Sequence record: OX638288
Reading direction: 5' to 3' (one strand)
Source of the DNA: Escherichia phage UP19
DNA: 64,000 nt
Part shown: in pieces, positions 1-9,576 of the stretch
How the letters are laid out: each line of letters opens with the position of its first letter
Position numbering within the stretch: position 1 is the stretch's first letter
Made by a program: the position numbers and the translations under genes
The notes under the pieces: generated by a model
Seen by the model: the letters and a program-made list of their open reading frames with translations, nothing else
The model's database searches: none
Told to the model about the DNA's origin: nothing

Positions 1-527
1 TTCGTTTTTATGTATCTTTTGCATGTACCTTTAACTTCCACAAGAATATGGAAATCATGGAAGGCAATGCTAAGATTATGAAGTTCATTGCACGTGATGA
101 ACAGCTTCACCTCAAGGGCACTCAGTACATTATTCGTCAACTTCAACTTGGCACTGATGGCGATGAATGGGTTAAAATTGCTCAAGAGTGTGAACAAGAA
201 GCAGTTGATATTTTCATGGAAGTTAACCGTCAAGAAAAAGAATGGGCTGCCCACCTATTCAAAGATGGTACTTGCCCTGGATTAAATACTCAGAACATGG
301 GTGCTTTTGTCGATTACCTGACAGTTTCTCGTATGAAGCAATGTGGCTTACCATGTCCTATTACTGATGCCCCTACTCGCCATCCATATCCTTGGATTCG
401 CGAATACCTGAACTCTGATGCCGTACAGGCTGCTCCTCAGGAAGTGGAAATCAGTTCTTACCTTGTAGCACAAATTGATAATGATGTCGATGAAAAAGTA
501 ATGGCATCATACAAGAAATATTTTTAA
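1..527 (+). CDS. nrdB: ribonucleotide reductase small subunit, C-terminal part (5' end lies outside window)
   Basis: Frame open from base 3 to stop at 525-527; C-terminal NrdB-like sequence (MEGNAKIM..ARDEqLHL..; ..APQEVEISSYLVAQID); followed by denA and rnlA as in T4. Confidence 0.85.
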   Translation, partial: RFYVSFACTFNFHKNMEIMEGNAKIMKFIARDEQLHLKGTQYIIRQLQLGTDGDEWVKIAQECEQEAVDIFMEVNRQEKEWAAHLFKDGTCPGLNTQNMGAFVDYLTVSRMKQCGLPCPITDAPTRHPYPWIREYLNSDAVQAAPQEVEISSYLVAQIDNDVDEKVMASYKKYF

Positions 528-532
528 GGAAC

Positions 533-546
533 GGGGCTTCGGCCCC
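533..546 (+). terminator. GC stem-loop GGGGC-TTCG-GCCCC after nrdB; weak U-tract, may be an RNA stability element rather than a terminator
   Basis: Perfect 5-bp GC stem with TTCG tetraloop directly after nrdB stop. Confidence 0.35.
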
Positions 547-554
547 TTATTGCT

Positions 555-968
555 ATGAAAGAAATCGCAGATGAATTTAGCTTTATCAAGTACGTTACAC
601 TGGAGCTCCAAACAGATGCTACTATAGCCCCTATCACAGTTCCAAATAAACAAAATGTCATATATGCTATAGCGGTTGATGATATACTAGTCTACATCGG
701 GAAGACTAAAAATCTTCGTAAGCGCATCAACTACTACCGAACAGCTATTAATCGTAAGGACCAAACGTCGGATTCGACCAAGTCCATTCTGATTCATGAA
801 GCATTAATGGCAGGTAAAAAGGTAGAGTTCTATGCTAGACAGTGCTTTAATCTGTCGATGACCAACGAACTTGGAACTATGTCAGTTGAGACCATGTCTC
901 TTGAAGAGCCAATGTTCATAAAGAAATTTAATCCACCTTGGAATACCCAACATAGGATAAAGCAATGA
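555..968 (+). CDS. denA: endonuclease II (GIY-YIG-like DNA endonuclease)
   Basis: 137 aa (T4 DenA is 136 aa); ..VYIGKTKNLRKRINYYR.. motif; position between nrdB and rnlA. Confidence 0.85.
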   Translation: MKEIADEFSFIKYVTLELQTDATIAPITVPNKQNVIYAIAVDDILVYIGKTKNLRKRINYYRTAINRKDQTSDSTKSILIHEALMAGKKVEFYARQCFNLSMTNELGTMSVETMSLEEPMFIKKFNPPWNTQHRIKQ

Positions 969-2113
969 TTGAATTATATGATAACTTAATGGGCCTGGTT
1001 AAAAACTCGACTAAATCTAAGTTCTTCTTTAAAGACTTTCAGAGTGCGCTAGGAGTCAACTATCGCATCTTTAGTTATAACTATGCATCGTACAGTGATT
1101 GGTTGGAAGACGGCGCACTAGAGTGCCGAGGCATTATGTTTGAAATGGACGAGAACGGTCCGGTACGTATTGCTGCTCGTCCTATGCAAAAGTTCTTTAA
1201 CCTCGACGAAAACCCGTTGACCATTGGTTTGGATTTATCACAAGGAAATATCGACCTCGTAATGGCTAAGGAAGATGGTTCCTTGATTTCTACCTTCATG
1301 GACCGACAATATCTTTCTGTTAAATCTAAAGGCTCTATCCATTCATCAATGGTGCATGATTCTTTACGTTTCCTTCGACTCCCTGAAAACGAGGCCTTCG
1401 CTGCTCGTTTAGAAGAAATTACTAAAGCAGGCTATACATGTAACCTCGAGTATGTTTCGCCTACTAACCGTATTGTGCTGGCTTACCAAGAAACAAACCT
1501 TATCTTACTTAACGTTCGTAATAACGAAACGGGTGAATATATCCCTTACGCTGAACTGTTTAAAGATGGCGCTCTGCGTAAGCATTTGGTTAAAAGCTAT
1601 GAACTCTCTGAAGGTGATTTTGTTGACAATATCCGTAAACAAGAGGGTATTGAAGGCTTTATCTTTGTACTTAAAGATGGCACGTTCTTTAAACTCAAAA
1701 CCGCTTGGTATAGCGCACTGCATCATACCAAAGATTCCATTAATAATAACGAACGTTTATTTGAAGTTGTAGTGGCTGGTGGAACTGATGACCTCCGAGG
1801 TTTGTTCAGTACGGATTCGTTTGCTATTGAGAAAATCAATACATTTGAACGTATCCATTTAGACTACTTAGAACAGTCCTTGGCTTTGTTAGAAGCAGCA
1901 TATTCTCAGCTCAAGGGCCGCGACCGTAAGGACTACGCTGTTACCGGTCAGTTAATCCTCAAAGACTTCCCAGGGCTGTTCTCTATTCTTATGCAGGCGT
2001 ACGTAGGCGGTATTAATTATGATACGGTCGTAGACCAGATTAACTCTGTGTTCTTGAAAAATCATAAGGCCCAAATCCCTGAAAAATATTTGAAAGAAAT
2101 TGTTATAGAGTAG
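965..2113 (+). CDS. rnlA: RNA ligase 1 (gene 63)
   Basis: 382 aa; N-terminal ..YRIFSYNYASYSDW..ALECRGIMFE.. and KEDGSL nucleotidyl-transferase motif; ATGA overlap with denA stop. Confidence 0.9.
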   Translation: MIELYDNLMGLVKNSTKSKFFFKDFQSALGVNYRIFSYNYASYSDWLEDGALECRGIMFEMDENGPVRIAARPMQKFFNLDENPLTIGLDLSQGNIDLVMAKEDGSLISTFMDRQYLSVKSKGSIHSSMVHDSLRFLRLPENEAFAARLEEITKAGYTCNLEYVSPTNRIVLAYQETNLILLNVRNNETGEYIPYAELFKDGALRKHLVKSYELSEGDFVDNIRKQEGIEGFIFVLKDGTFFKLKTAWYSALHHTKDSINNNERLFEVVVAGGTDDLRGLFSTDSFAIEKINTFERIHLDYLEQSLALLEAAYSQLKGRDRKDYAVTGQLILKDFPGLFSILMQAYVGGINYDTVVDQINSVFLKNHKAQIPEKYLKEIVIE

Positions 2114-2144
2114 TTTACATCTCCTCATGATGTGTTAGTATAGA
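2113..2144 (+). promoter_or_regulatory. T4-type early promoter (GTTTAC -35 at 2113-2118, TAGTAT/TATAGA -10 at 2136-2144) inside a 9-bp inverted repeat (2120-2128 / 2156-2164) that includes the SD
   Basis: GTTTACA ... 17 nt ... TAGTAT; TCTCCTCAT / ATGAGGAGA inverted repeat; ATG of alc at 2172. Confidence 0.55.
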
Positions 2145-2171
2145 CCTACCAACTAATGAGGAGAAAACAAA

Positions 2172-2672
2172 ATGAATATGCAAATGATTACTAACGAAAT
2201 GGTTGTTAAAGCTTTTGGTGATTCTACTGACGGTATCCAAGTTTTTAAAGGTTCTCGTGCGGTAGGTTACCTAACCGATCTTCGTGTTACTTTAGCCAAA
2301 AATGCTAAAAAGAAAATCAAGCAAAAAGAATATTCTACCCGTTATGCAGAAGAAAAGCGTGAAGCCATGCCTGAAGCTGTTAACTCTATGGTTGAGTTTC
2401 TCCAAAACAACCTTTCTAAGTATGATGCTGAGGTATTCATTAATATCAGTCAGCCTAATGTTAAAATCGCAGGAATCACATTCTATTTGATTTGCGACCC
2501 ATTAAGTGACAAGTTTAATCGCCTTGGCATTTCCAGCCCTTACCATACTGCTGAAGAATTGTGTGTGATGTTTGAAACATACAAAATTCAGTGTGAAAAT
2601 CCTAAAACGGTTCTTATCAACTCCCTGTCACGTGATGACATCATCGAGATTATTACCAAATGTCTAAATTAA
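2172..2672 (+). CDS. alc: Alc-like host transcription termination protein (by position and size)
   Basis: 166 aa (T4 Alc is 167 aa); lies between rnlA and pseT.3 as in T4; no motif verification possible. Confidence 0.55.
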   Translation: MNMQMITNEMVVKAFGDSTDGIQVFKGSRAVGYLTDLRVTLAKNAKKKIKQKEYSTRYAEEKREAMPEAVNSMVEFLQNNLSKYDAEVFINISQPNVKIAGITFYLICDPLSDKFNRLGISSPYHTAEELCVMFETYKIQCENPKTVLINSLSRDDIIEIITKCLN

Positions 2673-3013
2673 GTATTTACCTTTTAGCTGGAGCCATTGT
2701 AGTAGGTGCTTACAGTCTTATTTCGTATCAATCAAGCCGTATTGATACCCTTACTGAAGAACTGAAAACAACCCAGCAAACAGCTAAACAGAACGCTGAA
2801 GCTGTTGATGACCTTCGTGGTCAATACTCTGATATTGAATTCCGTACTACTGAAATGAATGCCCGAATGGATAAAATTAAGGCAGAAAATGAAAAGCTCC
2901 GTAAAGATTCGAAGAAGGCGCACGTGGTGGCAAGTAAGCCAGGATTGGTCGAAAAACAAATCAACAAGTCCTTCGATTCCTTTACAGAAGACTTCAGGAG
3001 CATCACAGAATGA
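2660..3013 (+). CDS. pseT.3: i-spanin (inner-membrane spanin subunit)
   Basis: 117 aa; N-terminal TM helix (LSIYLLAGAIVVGAYSLI) followed by charged coiled-coil periplasmic domain; followed by lipoprotein partner. Confidence 0.7.
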   Translation: MSKLSIYLLAGAIVVGAYSLISYQSSRIDTLTEELKTTQQTAKQNAEAVDDLRGQYSDIEFRTTEMNARMDKIKAENEKLRKDSKKAHVVASKPGLVEKQINKSFDSFTEDFRSITE

Positions 3014-3300
3014 TTAAATTGGCTGCTGTAATGTTATCTATTGGCTTGTTAGTTGGATGTGCCCAGGACATCCCTGTAGCGCCTAAGCAACAACTCCACC
3101 CTTCATGGCCACAACCTATTGCCGAACATAATGTTAAATGGCAGGTTAAGGTAATCGACGGTAAGGCTTGGGTTGGTATGCCATTTGAAGACTCGCAAGA
3201 ACACAGAATTTGGTTGAACGACGTAAAAAGATATGTACAAGACCAGAAATCTATGTTATGTTATTATCGTTCCGGACTAAAAGAGGAGAAGTGCAAATGA
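3010..3300 (+). CDS. pseT.2: o-spanin (outer-membrane lipoprotein spanin subunit)
   Basis: 96 aa; signal peptide with lipobox LLVGC; start overlaps i-spanin stop (ATGA). Confidence 0.7.
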   Translation: MIKLAAVMLSIGLLVGCAQDIPVAPKQQLHPSWPQPIAEHNVKWQVKVIDGKAWVGMPFEDSQEHRIWLNDVKRYVQDQKSMLCYYRSGLKEEKCK

Positions 3301-3404
3301 TTGAAGCCTGTATCGATGGGTGGGACGTTTTTAAATTCGGTGCTGCATGTTTTTGCTTTGGTATCGTGTTCAGCCTGTGTATGAATGGTATTTTTGGGAA
3401 GTAG
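3297..3404 (+). CDS. hypothetical 35-aa hydrophobic peptide (MIEACIDGWDVFKFGAACFCFGIVFSLCMNGIFGK)
   Basis: ATG overlaps pseT.2 stop (ATGA coupling); single predicted TM segment; below the 60-aa ORF-track cutoff. Confidence 0.3.
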   Translation: MIEACIDGWDVFKFGAACFCFGIVFSLCMNGIFGK

Positions 3405-3438
3405 TTTACAAACTCTTGGGAGCAGAGTATAATGCTCC
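3404..3438 (+). promoter_or_regulatory. T4-type early promoter (GTTTAC 3404-3409, TATAAT 3428-3433) with GGAGCA/TGCTCC inverted repeat bracketing the -10
   Basis: GTTTACA ... 18 nt ... TATAAT; inverted repeat 3419-3424 / 3433-3438. Confidence 0.55.
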
Positions 3439-3467
3439 TACGGATTATAAAAATTGAGGAAATTATT

Positions 3468-3946
3468 ATGACATTACGTGATAACAGTTTTGTGGCTAAG
3501 CCTGAATACATTTCAAGTATTAAATCTCCTGTATTACAAAAGCTCCTTAAACTAGGGTCCTGTGCAAGCACTCCTATTGAAAAGAAGGCAACTTTCGATT
3601 TTGCTTGGGCTATTGTGGACGGTATTGATGTAGTAAGACAGGTAACTTTTTATGCTCCAGGGTCTATTGAGCCTTCACAGATTATTAATTTGAACGGAAG
3701 TAATTATATTACCATCCAACAGTGGTATCGTATGATGCGACCTGTTTGGGAATACCCTGAATTCATTGAAGAGTACAATGAAAAAGAACGTATTCGTGAG
3801 CTAGTAAAAAGTTTTGAATACGCAGCTAAACGCCACGGCCAGATGCAGCAAGCTGTGGCTTTAGGTGATGTTGATGAAAAATCAGCATATGAAAGTGGTA
3901 AACTTCTGAAAACCTGTCGCGAAGAACTTTATAAGGAGCTTGGTGT

Positions 3947-3950
<4 letters not shown>
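3468..3950 (+). CDS. hypothetical protein (pseT-region accessory ORF)
   Basis: 160-aa ORF with SD GAGG 8 nt upstream of ATG 3468; follows the early promoter cassette. Confidence 0.55.
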
Positions 3951-5168
<1,218 letters not shown>

Positions 5169-5169
<1 letters not shown>

Positions 5170-5366
5170 TGAATAATATCGAAAAGATTTTTCGTACAAT
5201 CGAAGAAATTGAAAAACGTAAATGCTTTTTCTTCGGCGTATGGCCTTTAACTGATGGACGTATTGGCCTGGATGTTATGGACTATAAAGATGAGGACAAG
5301 GTCGATGGTGGTATTTTTAAATCCGCTCCTGAACTCCTTGCCTTCTTGGAAGAACATTATGTATAA
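5169..5366 (+). CDS. hypothetical protein
   Basis: 65-aa ORF, start overlaps pseT stop. Confidence 0.45.
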
Positions 5367-5574
5367 CAAACACCATGAAGTTGAAGAAGAAGCTTATAAA
5401 GAGCTTCAGAAACTGGTAGGTCAGAATATGTCTCCTACCCTCATTAACTCACTAGCGGCTCTCCGTAACGATTTGAATGAACGTTATAAAGGCGAGTACT
5501 ATGTTGAGTTCGTTCCTCTGACTGAAGTCGTTGACCGGTTTATTGTTAACGTGAAGGTCCATACAGTACACTGA
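5359..5574 (+). CDS. hypothetical protein
   Basis: 71-aa ORF starting at internal ATG 5359 of track ORF 5254..5574. Confidence 0.4.
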   Translation: MYNKHHEVEEEAYKELQKLVGQNMSPTLINSLAALRNDLNERYKGEYYVEFVPLTEVVDRFIVNVKVHTVH

Positions 5575-5581
5575 GGTAATT

Positions 5582-5860
5582 ATGTTCCCTACTTATTCCG
5601 AAATTGTTAAAGTAGTTTTTAGTCAGATTGTATCTGATTACCTATACGAACCCGTCGACACCTCGATTGAACTAAAAGTTCACGGACGTTTGTCTGCTAT
5701 TCTGGAAATCATGTTCCCGGATGCAGTTGATGCGATCACTGTCCAACTCACGTCTGGCGCAGCATTTGCAATTGTTCCATTTAAAATTGATAACCACATT
5801 TTGGCTATTTCATGCAAAATGGACTTCCAGAAACAAACGGTAGTTGTCGAAGCAATTTAA
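5582..5860 (+). CDS. hypothetical protein
   Basis: 92-aa ORF. Confidence 0.45.
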   Translation: MFPTYSEIVKVVFSQIVSDYLYEPVDTSIELKVHGRLSAILEIMFPDAVDAITVQLTSGAAFAIVPFKIDNHILAISCKMDFQKQTVVVEAI

Positions 5861-5862
5861 GT

Positions 5863-5901
5863 GTTTACATCATGGTAGGACTGTGGTATAGTAGTCCTAC
5901 C
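5863..5901 (+). promoter_or_regulatory. T4-type early promoter (GTTTAC 5863-5868, TATAGT 5887-5892) with its -10 in the loop of a perfect 9-bp inverted repeat (GGTAGGACT 5874-5882 / AGTCCTACC 5893-5901)
   Basis: Seen directly; followed by leader ..AAACAAATGAGGAA..ATG (5923). Confidence 0.55.
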
Positions 5902-5922
5902 GAAACAAATGAGGAAATCGAA

Positions 5923-6474
5923 ATGGGTAAGTTCTTTGAAGAGCGTAAGTTTTATAAGTTCATTAGCGAATACACTAAAAACAAATTCACTAATAACGGT
6001 GCTTATGCCCTCAATACAGCTTTTGCCAAGTATGTAGGTATGAATCCGTTTGAAGTTGAAATTGATTACCATAATGGGTGTGAACGTGTAAGCCGAATTC
6101 GTGTATATGACGAGATGATGTTTGTCGACCCTAGCAAAATCACCGGTAATCCTGATGATGCAAATACTGTTCTTTTTAATTCAACAGGCCTTTTTGGCCA
6201 TGAATTCGAATACTTCATTGAAGTAGTACGTCCACTGGCCTCGGTGAGTATTCCTGAAAATGGACCTAAACCAGTAAAAGCCACTGCTGATTGGAAAGTG
6301 CTTATTGTTAAAAATGGTAAGATTGAAGTCCATTCTCGCCATAACACAAAGGAACAAGCCGACCGTCAAGCCGAAGAGCTTTTGACCAGTTCGTTCCAAC
6401 AAGTGTGTTATATTGTTAAGGGCGACGTTACCCAAGCTACCACTACCAAACAACTTAAGTTGGAGACCATCTAA
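5923..6474 (+). CDS. hypothetical protein
   Basis: 183-aa ORF from ATG 5923 with SD GAGGAA; follows early promoter cassette. Confidence 0.55.
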   Translation: MGKFFEERKFYKFISEYTKNKFTNNGAYALNTAFAKYVGMNPFEVEIDYHNGCERVSRIRVYDEMMFVDPSKITGNPDDANTVLFNSTGLFGHEFEYFIEVVRPLASVSIPENGPKPVKATADWKVLIVKNGKIEVHSRHNTKEQADRQAEELLTSSFQQVCYIVKGDVTQATTTKQLKLETI

Positions 6475-6707
6475 TGCTGAGCGAACAACCTATTACTGTA
6501 GAGCAGTTCCAAGTTAAAGTTAAAGAATTTGCTCAGGCTCTGATTAATAAGGTTTCTGTACGTTTTCCTGATGCAACTCTGCGAGTAATTCAGGAATCAC
6601 CGCGTGCAGTATTGGTTATCGTTAATCCTAAAGATGGCGACCAGATTACCCAGTTGAAACTCGGTTCTGATGGTCTGGTCGAAGCACAGCGAGTGTATGT
6701 AGAATGA
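6474..6707 (+). CDS. hypothetical protein
   Basis: 77-aa ORF, coupled to flanking genes. Confidence 0.45.
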   Translation: MLSEQPITVEQFQVKVKEFAQALINKVSVRFPDATLRVIQESPRAVLVIVNPKDGDQITQLKLGSDGLVEAQRVYVE

Positions 6708-7249
6708 AAGCAAGCACATATCTTCAGATTGCATATCTTATTTCTCAGGAATCAAAATGTTGTTCATGGAAAGTGGGCGCGGTTATTGAAAAGAATGGCC
6801 GCATTATTTCTACAGGGTATAATGGTTCGCCGTCTGGTGGTGTTAACTGTTGTGACCATGCAGTGGAACAGGACTGGACTCGTGTTGTGTATGACACGGC
6901 CCGAATGTCCCATAAATCGATTCTTCTTAAAGAACATCGTATGGCTCATGCTGCATGGTCATCCAAAAATGAAATCCATGCTGAACTGAATGCTATCCTG
7001 TTTGCAGCTCGTACAGGAAGTTCTATTGACGGTGCTACGATGTATGTGACACTGTCCCCATGTGCAGATTGTGCTAAGTCTATTGCGCAGTCCGGAATTA
7101 AAACGCTGGTTTATGCTGAACTCTATGACCGAAATCCTGAAGGATGGGATGATATCCTCCGTGAATCGGGCATCGAAGTTATCCAGTATAACCGTACCGG
7201 TCTCCGTTCTCTGAACTGGGAATCAATTCAAAACTATTGTGGTGAATAA
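6704..7249 (+). CDS. cd: dCMP deaminase
   Basis: 181 aa; zinc-binding cytidine/deoxycytidylate deaminase motifs HAELNAI and PCADC. Confidence 0.9.
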   Translation: MKASTYLQIAYLISQESKCCSWKVGAVIEKNGRIISTGYNGSPSGGVNCCDHAVEQDWTRVVYDTARMSHKSILLKEHRMAHAAWSSKNEIHAELNAILFAARTGSSIDGATMYVTLSPCADCAKSIAQSGIKTLVYAELYDRNPEGWDDILRESGIEVIQYNRTGLRSLNWESIQNYCGE

Positions 7250-7482
7250 TGAAATTTCGTCTAGTTAAGTTTTCAGGTCTGAATTCAAAAGGTGAAAGCT
7301 TAGTAGCCTATTCAGTAGAATACAAAAAGTACTTTTTCTCTCGATGGAAATCGTACTATAAATCTGAGTGGGTTTATGCCAACATGAAATACAAAACGGT
7401 GCCTATTCTTGATAATTGCCATAGCCTATTAAGAGCTCTAAAAGAGCGTAATGCAACCACTATTAAAACTATTCTGGAATAA
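7249..7482 (+). CDS. hypothetical protein (31.2-like position)
   Basis: 77-aa ORF between cd and gene 31. Confidence 0.45.
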   Translation: MKFRLVKFSGLNSKGESLVAYSVEYKKYFFSRWKSYYKSEWVYANMKYKTVPILDNCHSLLRALKERNATTIKTILE

Positions 7483-7484
7483 TT

Positions 7485-7784
7485 ATGATTTTAACTGAAC
7501 AAGAAACTATTCGACTCCGTGAAAAAGCCAAGACTATTCTGTCTGTAGGTACTCACGAAGTTCTGTTTGAAAAGGCGGATGGTAGTGTTCGTCGTATGAC
7601 TTGTACTCGCGACCTGGACCTCCTCCCGTATAAAGAAATTCAAGCCCCGGGCCCAGAAGCTAATAAAGAACCGGTTAATTATATTCGTGTATTTGATACC
7701 AAGGTTAATGACTGGCGCTCGTTCCGTTTCGATAAACTGATTTCTATTAATGGGCTTCAGACTGAAACTCTGCTTGTCCTGTAA
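7485..7784 (+). CDS. hypothetical protein (31.1-like position)
   Basis: 99-aa ORF between cd and gene 31. Confidence 0.45.
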   Translation: MILTEQETIRLREKAKTILSVGTHEVLFEKADGSVRRMTCTRDLDLLPYKEIQAPGPEANKEPVNYIRVFDTKVNDWRSFRFDKLISINGLQTETLLVL

Positions 7785-7786
7785 TA

Positions 7787-7811
7787 TGCTTTAAGAATAG
7801 CGTGTTATTAT
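7787..7811 (+). promoter_or_regulatory. candidate T4 middle promoter (MotA box TGCTTTA 7787-7793, -10 TATTAT 7806-7811) for gene 31
   Basis: MotA-box consensus TGCTTtA about 12 nt upstream of an A/T-rich -10. Confidence 0.4.
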
Positions 7812-7842
7812 TAACCTATCAACAAAACAACATGGATTAAAT

Positions 7843-8166
7843 ATGGAACTTCCTATTAAAGCGGTCGGAGAATATGTTATTCTCGTTTCCGAACCAAAAC
7901 AAGCTGGTGATGAAGAAACTACTGCATCTGGTATCGTTATTGGCAAACTTCATCAAGGTGAAATCCCTGAACTTTGTGAAATTTATTCTGTAGGACCTGA
8001 TGTCCCTGAAGGTTTTTGTGAAGTAGGTGATTTGACTCCACTTCCTGTTGGTAAGATTGCTAACGTGCCCCATCCGTTGGTTGCATTGGGTATTAAACAG
8101 CCTAAAGAAATTAAACAGAAATTCGTTACCTGTCACTATAAAGCTATTCCGTGTCTTTATAAGTGA
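7843..8166 (+). CDS. 31: GroES-like co-chaperonin for major capsid protein folding (gp31)
   Basis: 107 aa; ..[18 protein letters not shown].. and C-terminal ..[17 protein letters not shown] matching T4 gp31. Confidence 0.9.
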   Translation: MELPIKAVGEYVILVSEPKQAGDEETTASGIVIGKLHQGEIPELCEIYSVGPDVPEGFCEVGDLTPLPVGKIANVPHPLVALGIKQPKEIKQKFVTCHYKAIPCLYK

Positions 8167-8174
8167 TATAAATA
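8167..8174 (+). promoter_or_regulatory. late promoter motif TATAAATA upstream of rIII
   Basis: Exact TATAAATA immediately after gene 31 stop. Confidence 0.45.
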
Positions 8175-8312
8175 ATAATATGGATTGGCTGCCGGACTAG
8201 TTAGTTAACCGGAGAATCCTAAGCGGTGGACTACAACTGAGAGACTTGCCGAAAGGAAGTGAAATTCAGAAGAACGTGTCCACCAATCTTTATCTCGAAT
8301 CGAGAATTTAAA

Positions 8313-8561
8313 ATGAACAAACATCTGAATCACGCTCTTGAACTGCAACGCAACGCTTGGAACAACGGTCACGAAAACTACGGCGCATCTATTGATGTTG
8401 AAGCCGAAGCACTGGAAATCCTGCGTTATTTCAAACATCTTAATCCGGCTCAGGCTACTCTGGCTGCTGAACTGGAAGCAAAAGATGAACTGAAATATGC
8501 TAAGCCTTTGGCTTCAGCAGCTCGTAAAGCAGTACGTCATTTTATTATTACCCTGAAGTAA
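8313..8561 (+). CDS. rIII: RIII lysis-inhibition accessory protein
   Basis: 82 aa from ATG 8313 (MNKHLNH..ELQRNAWNNGHENYGASIDVEAEALEILRYFKHL..) matching T4 RIII. Confidence 0.85.
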   Translation: MNKHLNHALELQRNAWNNGHENYGASIDVEAEALEILRYFKHLNPAQATLAAELEAKDELKYAKPLASAARKAVRHFIITLK

Positions 8562-8913
8562 AATCGAGGAGCCGTCGAACTGTCTGATTAATGATTTGCG
8601 AATCATTATAGTTTTAAGACCCCAGCAGTTTTACGGTGTACCTCTTGAATGTATTTTATAGCGGCAAGTGCATGCTACCCCGAGGTGATGGCCAATCGGG
8701 AGTACGCCTCAAGGCCTATATATCCATCAGTATATATCTTATCCTCGAGAAATCGAACCCGGAACCTTTAAGCTAACGGTGTGCAACAGATAAGAGCTAT
8801 GATGACGAGGTTTACGGTTATCCTGTCGTTAAATATCTAAAACCTATGTTCCCCTTGAGGGCTTGCGCAGGCAATGTCAATAAGTCCTGCATCCTAATTT
8901 AAGAGATTTAAAA
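8562..8913. other. 352-nt ORF-free region with several stem-loops; candidate structured RNA, regulatory region or decayed gene
   Basis: No ORF of 60 aa or more on either strand and frequent stops in all frames; largest non-coding gap in the window. Confidence 0.4.
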
Positions 8914-9075
8914 ATGGCTAAGAAAGAAGTTAAAGTAGTTGACGGAACCTCTAAACGCGCTGGTTACAAGCGTGCGTCTAACAAGCGTATCAATCAGGTA
9001 GTTGATAAGCTTCAAGCTCGTGCTCGTGCAGTATTGCGTGCAGATGCTGCTTGCTTCGGTAAAGTTATTGCATAA
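8914..9075 (+). CDS. hypothetical small basic protein (53 aa)
   Basis: ATG 8914, stop 9073-9075, immediately followed by a strong intrinsic terminator. Confidence 0.45.
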   Translation: MAKKEVKVVDGTSKRAGYKRASNKRINQVVDKLQARARAVLRADAACFGKVIA

Positions 9076-9080
9076 GTTAT

Positions 9081-9104
9081 GGGACTCTTCGGAGTCCCAT
9101 TTTT
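9081..9104 (+). terminator. rho-independent terminator (GGGACTC-TTCG-GAGTCCC + T-run)
   Basis: 7-bp perfect stem, TTCG loop, TTTTT at 9100-9104. Confidence 0.8.
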
Positions 9105-9129
9105 GTTTCTAAATCTTTAAAAAAAAAGG

Positions 9130-9161
9130 GTATACATCTCCGGTAGGCATGATACTATAGA
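9130..9161 (+). promoter_or_regulatory. early promoter-like element (GTATAC -35-like, TACTAT/TATAGA -10) preceded by an A-tract; cassette A
   Basis: A9 tract then GGTATACA..17 nt..TACTATAGA. Confidence 0.45.
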
Positions 9162-9202
9162 CATGTACCAAATAATACGAAAACAAACTGGAGAATAAAA
9201 TG
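9158..9202 (+). repeat. 45-nt leader repeat copy A (TAGACATGTACCAAATAATACGAAAACAAACTGGAGAATAAAATG)
   Basis: 44/45 identical to 9564-9608; ends in start codon of ORF 9200. Confidence 0.9.
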
Positions 9203-9532
9203 AAAACTGTAAACCTGAATGCATCTGTTAAAGCTAAATGTTTCAACGGTGAATATCAAGAAACCATGTGGGTCCTGACTGCAGTTGAAGGTGATATCAT
9301 CGAAGTTGAAACAACTGAAGGTATGGGTACTGATTTCACATTTACCATCGAGCTTCACAACTTCTTTACAGGTTGGATTTATGAACTGAAAACTGTAATT
9401 ACTGGTCGTATCGAAGAAAACAAAATTGGTGAATTCTATTACGTTAATGCCCGTACACGTGCTGAACGTCTGATTGCTCAGATGAAAAAAGTTGGTAAAC
9501 TTGATATGAAAAATTGGAATGTTGTGAAATAA
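9200..9532 (+). CDS. hypothetical protein
   Basis: 110-aa ORF behind leader copy A. Confidence 0.55.
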   Translation: MKTVNLNASVKAKCFNGEYQETMWVLTAVEGDIIEVETTEGMGTDFTFTIELHNFFTGWIYELKTVITGRIEENKIGEFYYVNARTRAERLIAQMKKVGKLDMKNWNVVK

Positions 9533-9535
9533 ATG

Positions 9536-9576
9536 TTTTACTTTGGTACAGGTTGTGTTATTATAGACCTGTACCA
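9536..9576 (+). promoter_or_regulatory. early promoter-like element (TTTTAC 9536-9541, TATTAT 9559-9564) with its -10 in the loop of an 8-bp inverted repeat (GGTACAGG 9546-9553 / CCTGTACC 9569-9576); cassette B
   Basis: Seen directly. Confidence 0.45.

Noticed and set aside
1-47. Possible group I intron in nrdB, as T4 nrdB carries one
   Set aside because: The window covers only the uninterrupted 3' part of nrdB; the reading frame is continuous to the window edge with no intron-like structure
88-285. 65-aa alternative-frame ORF inside nrdB
   Set aside because: Out-of-frame overlap with the conserved nrdB frame; no start context
8743-8763. tRNA-like T-loop motif (GGTTCCGGGTTCGATTTCTCG on the minus strand) in the ORF-free region
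   Set aside because: Flanking sequence cannot form a T-stem or acceptor stem; no cloverleaf could be built by eye, so no tRNA is called
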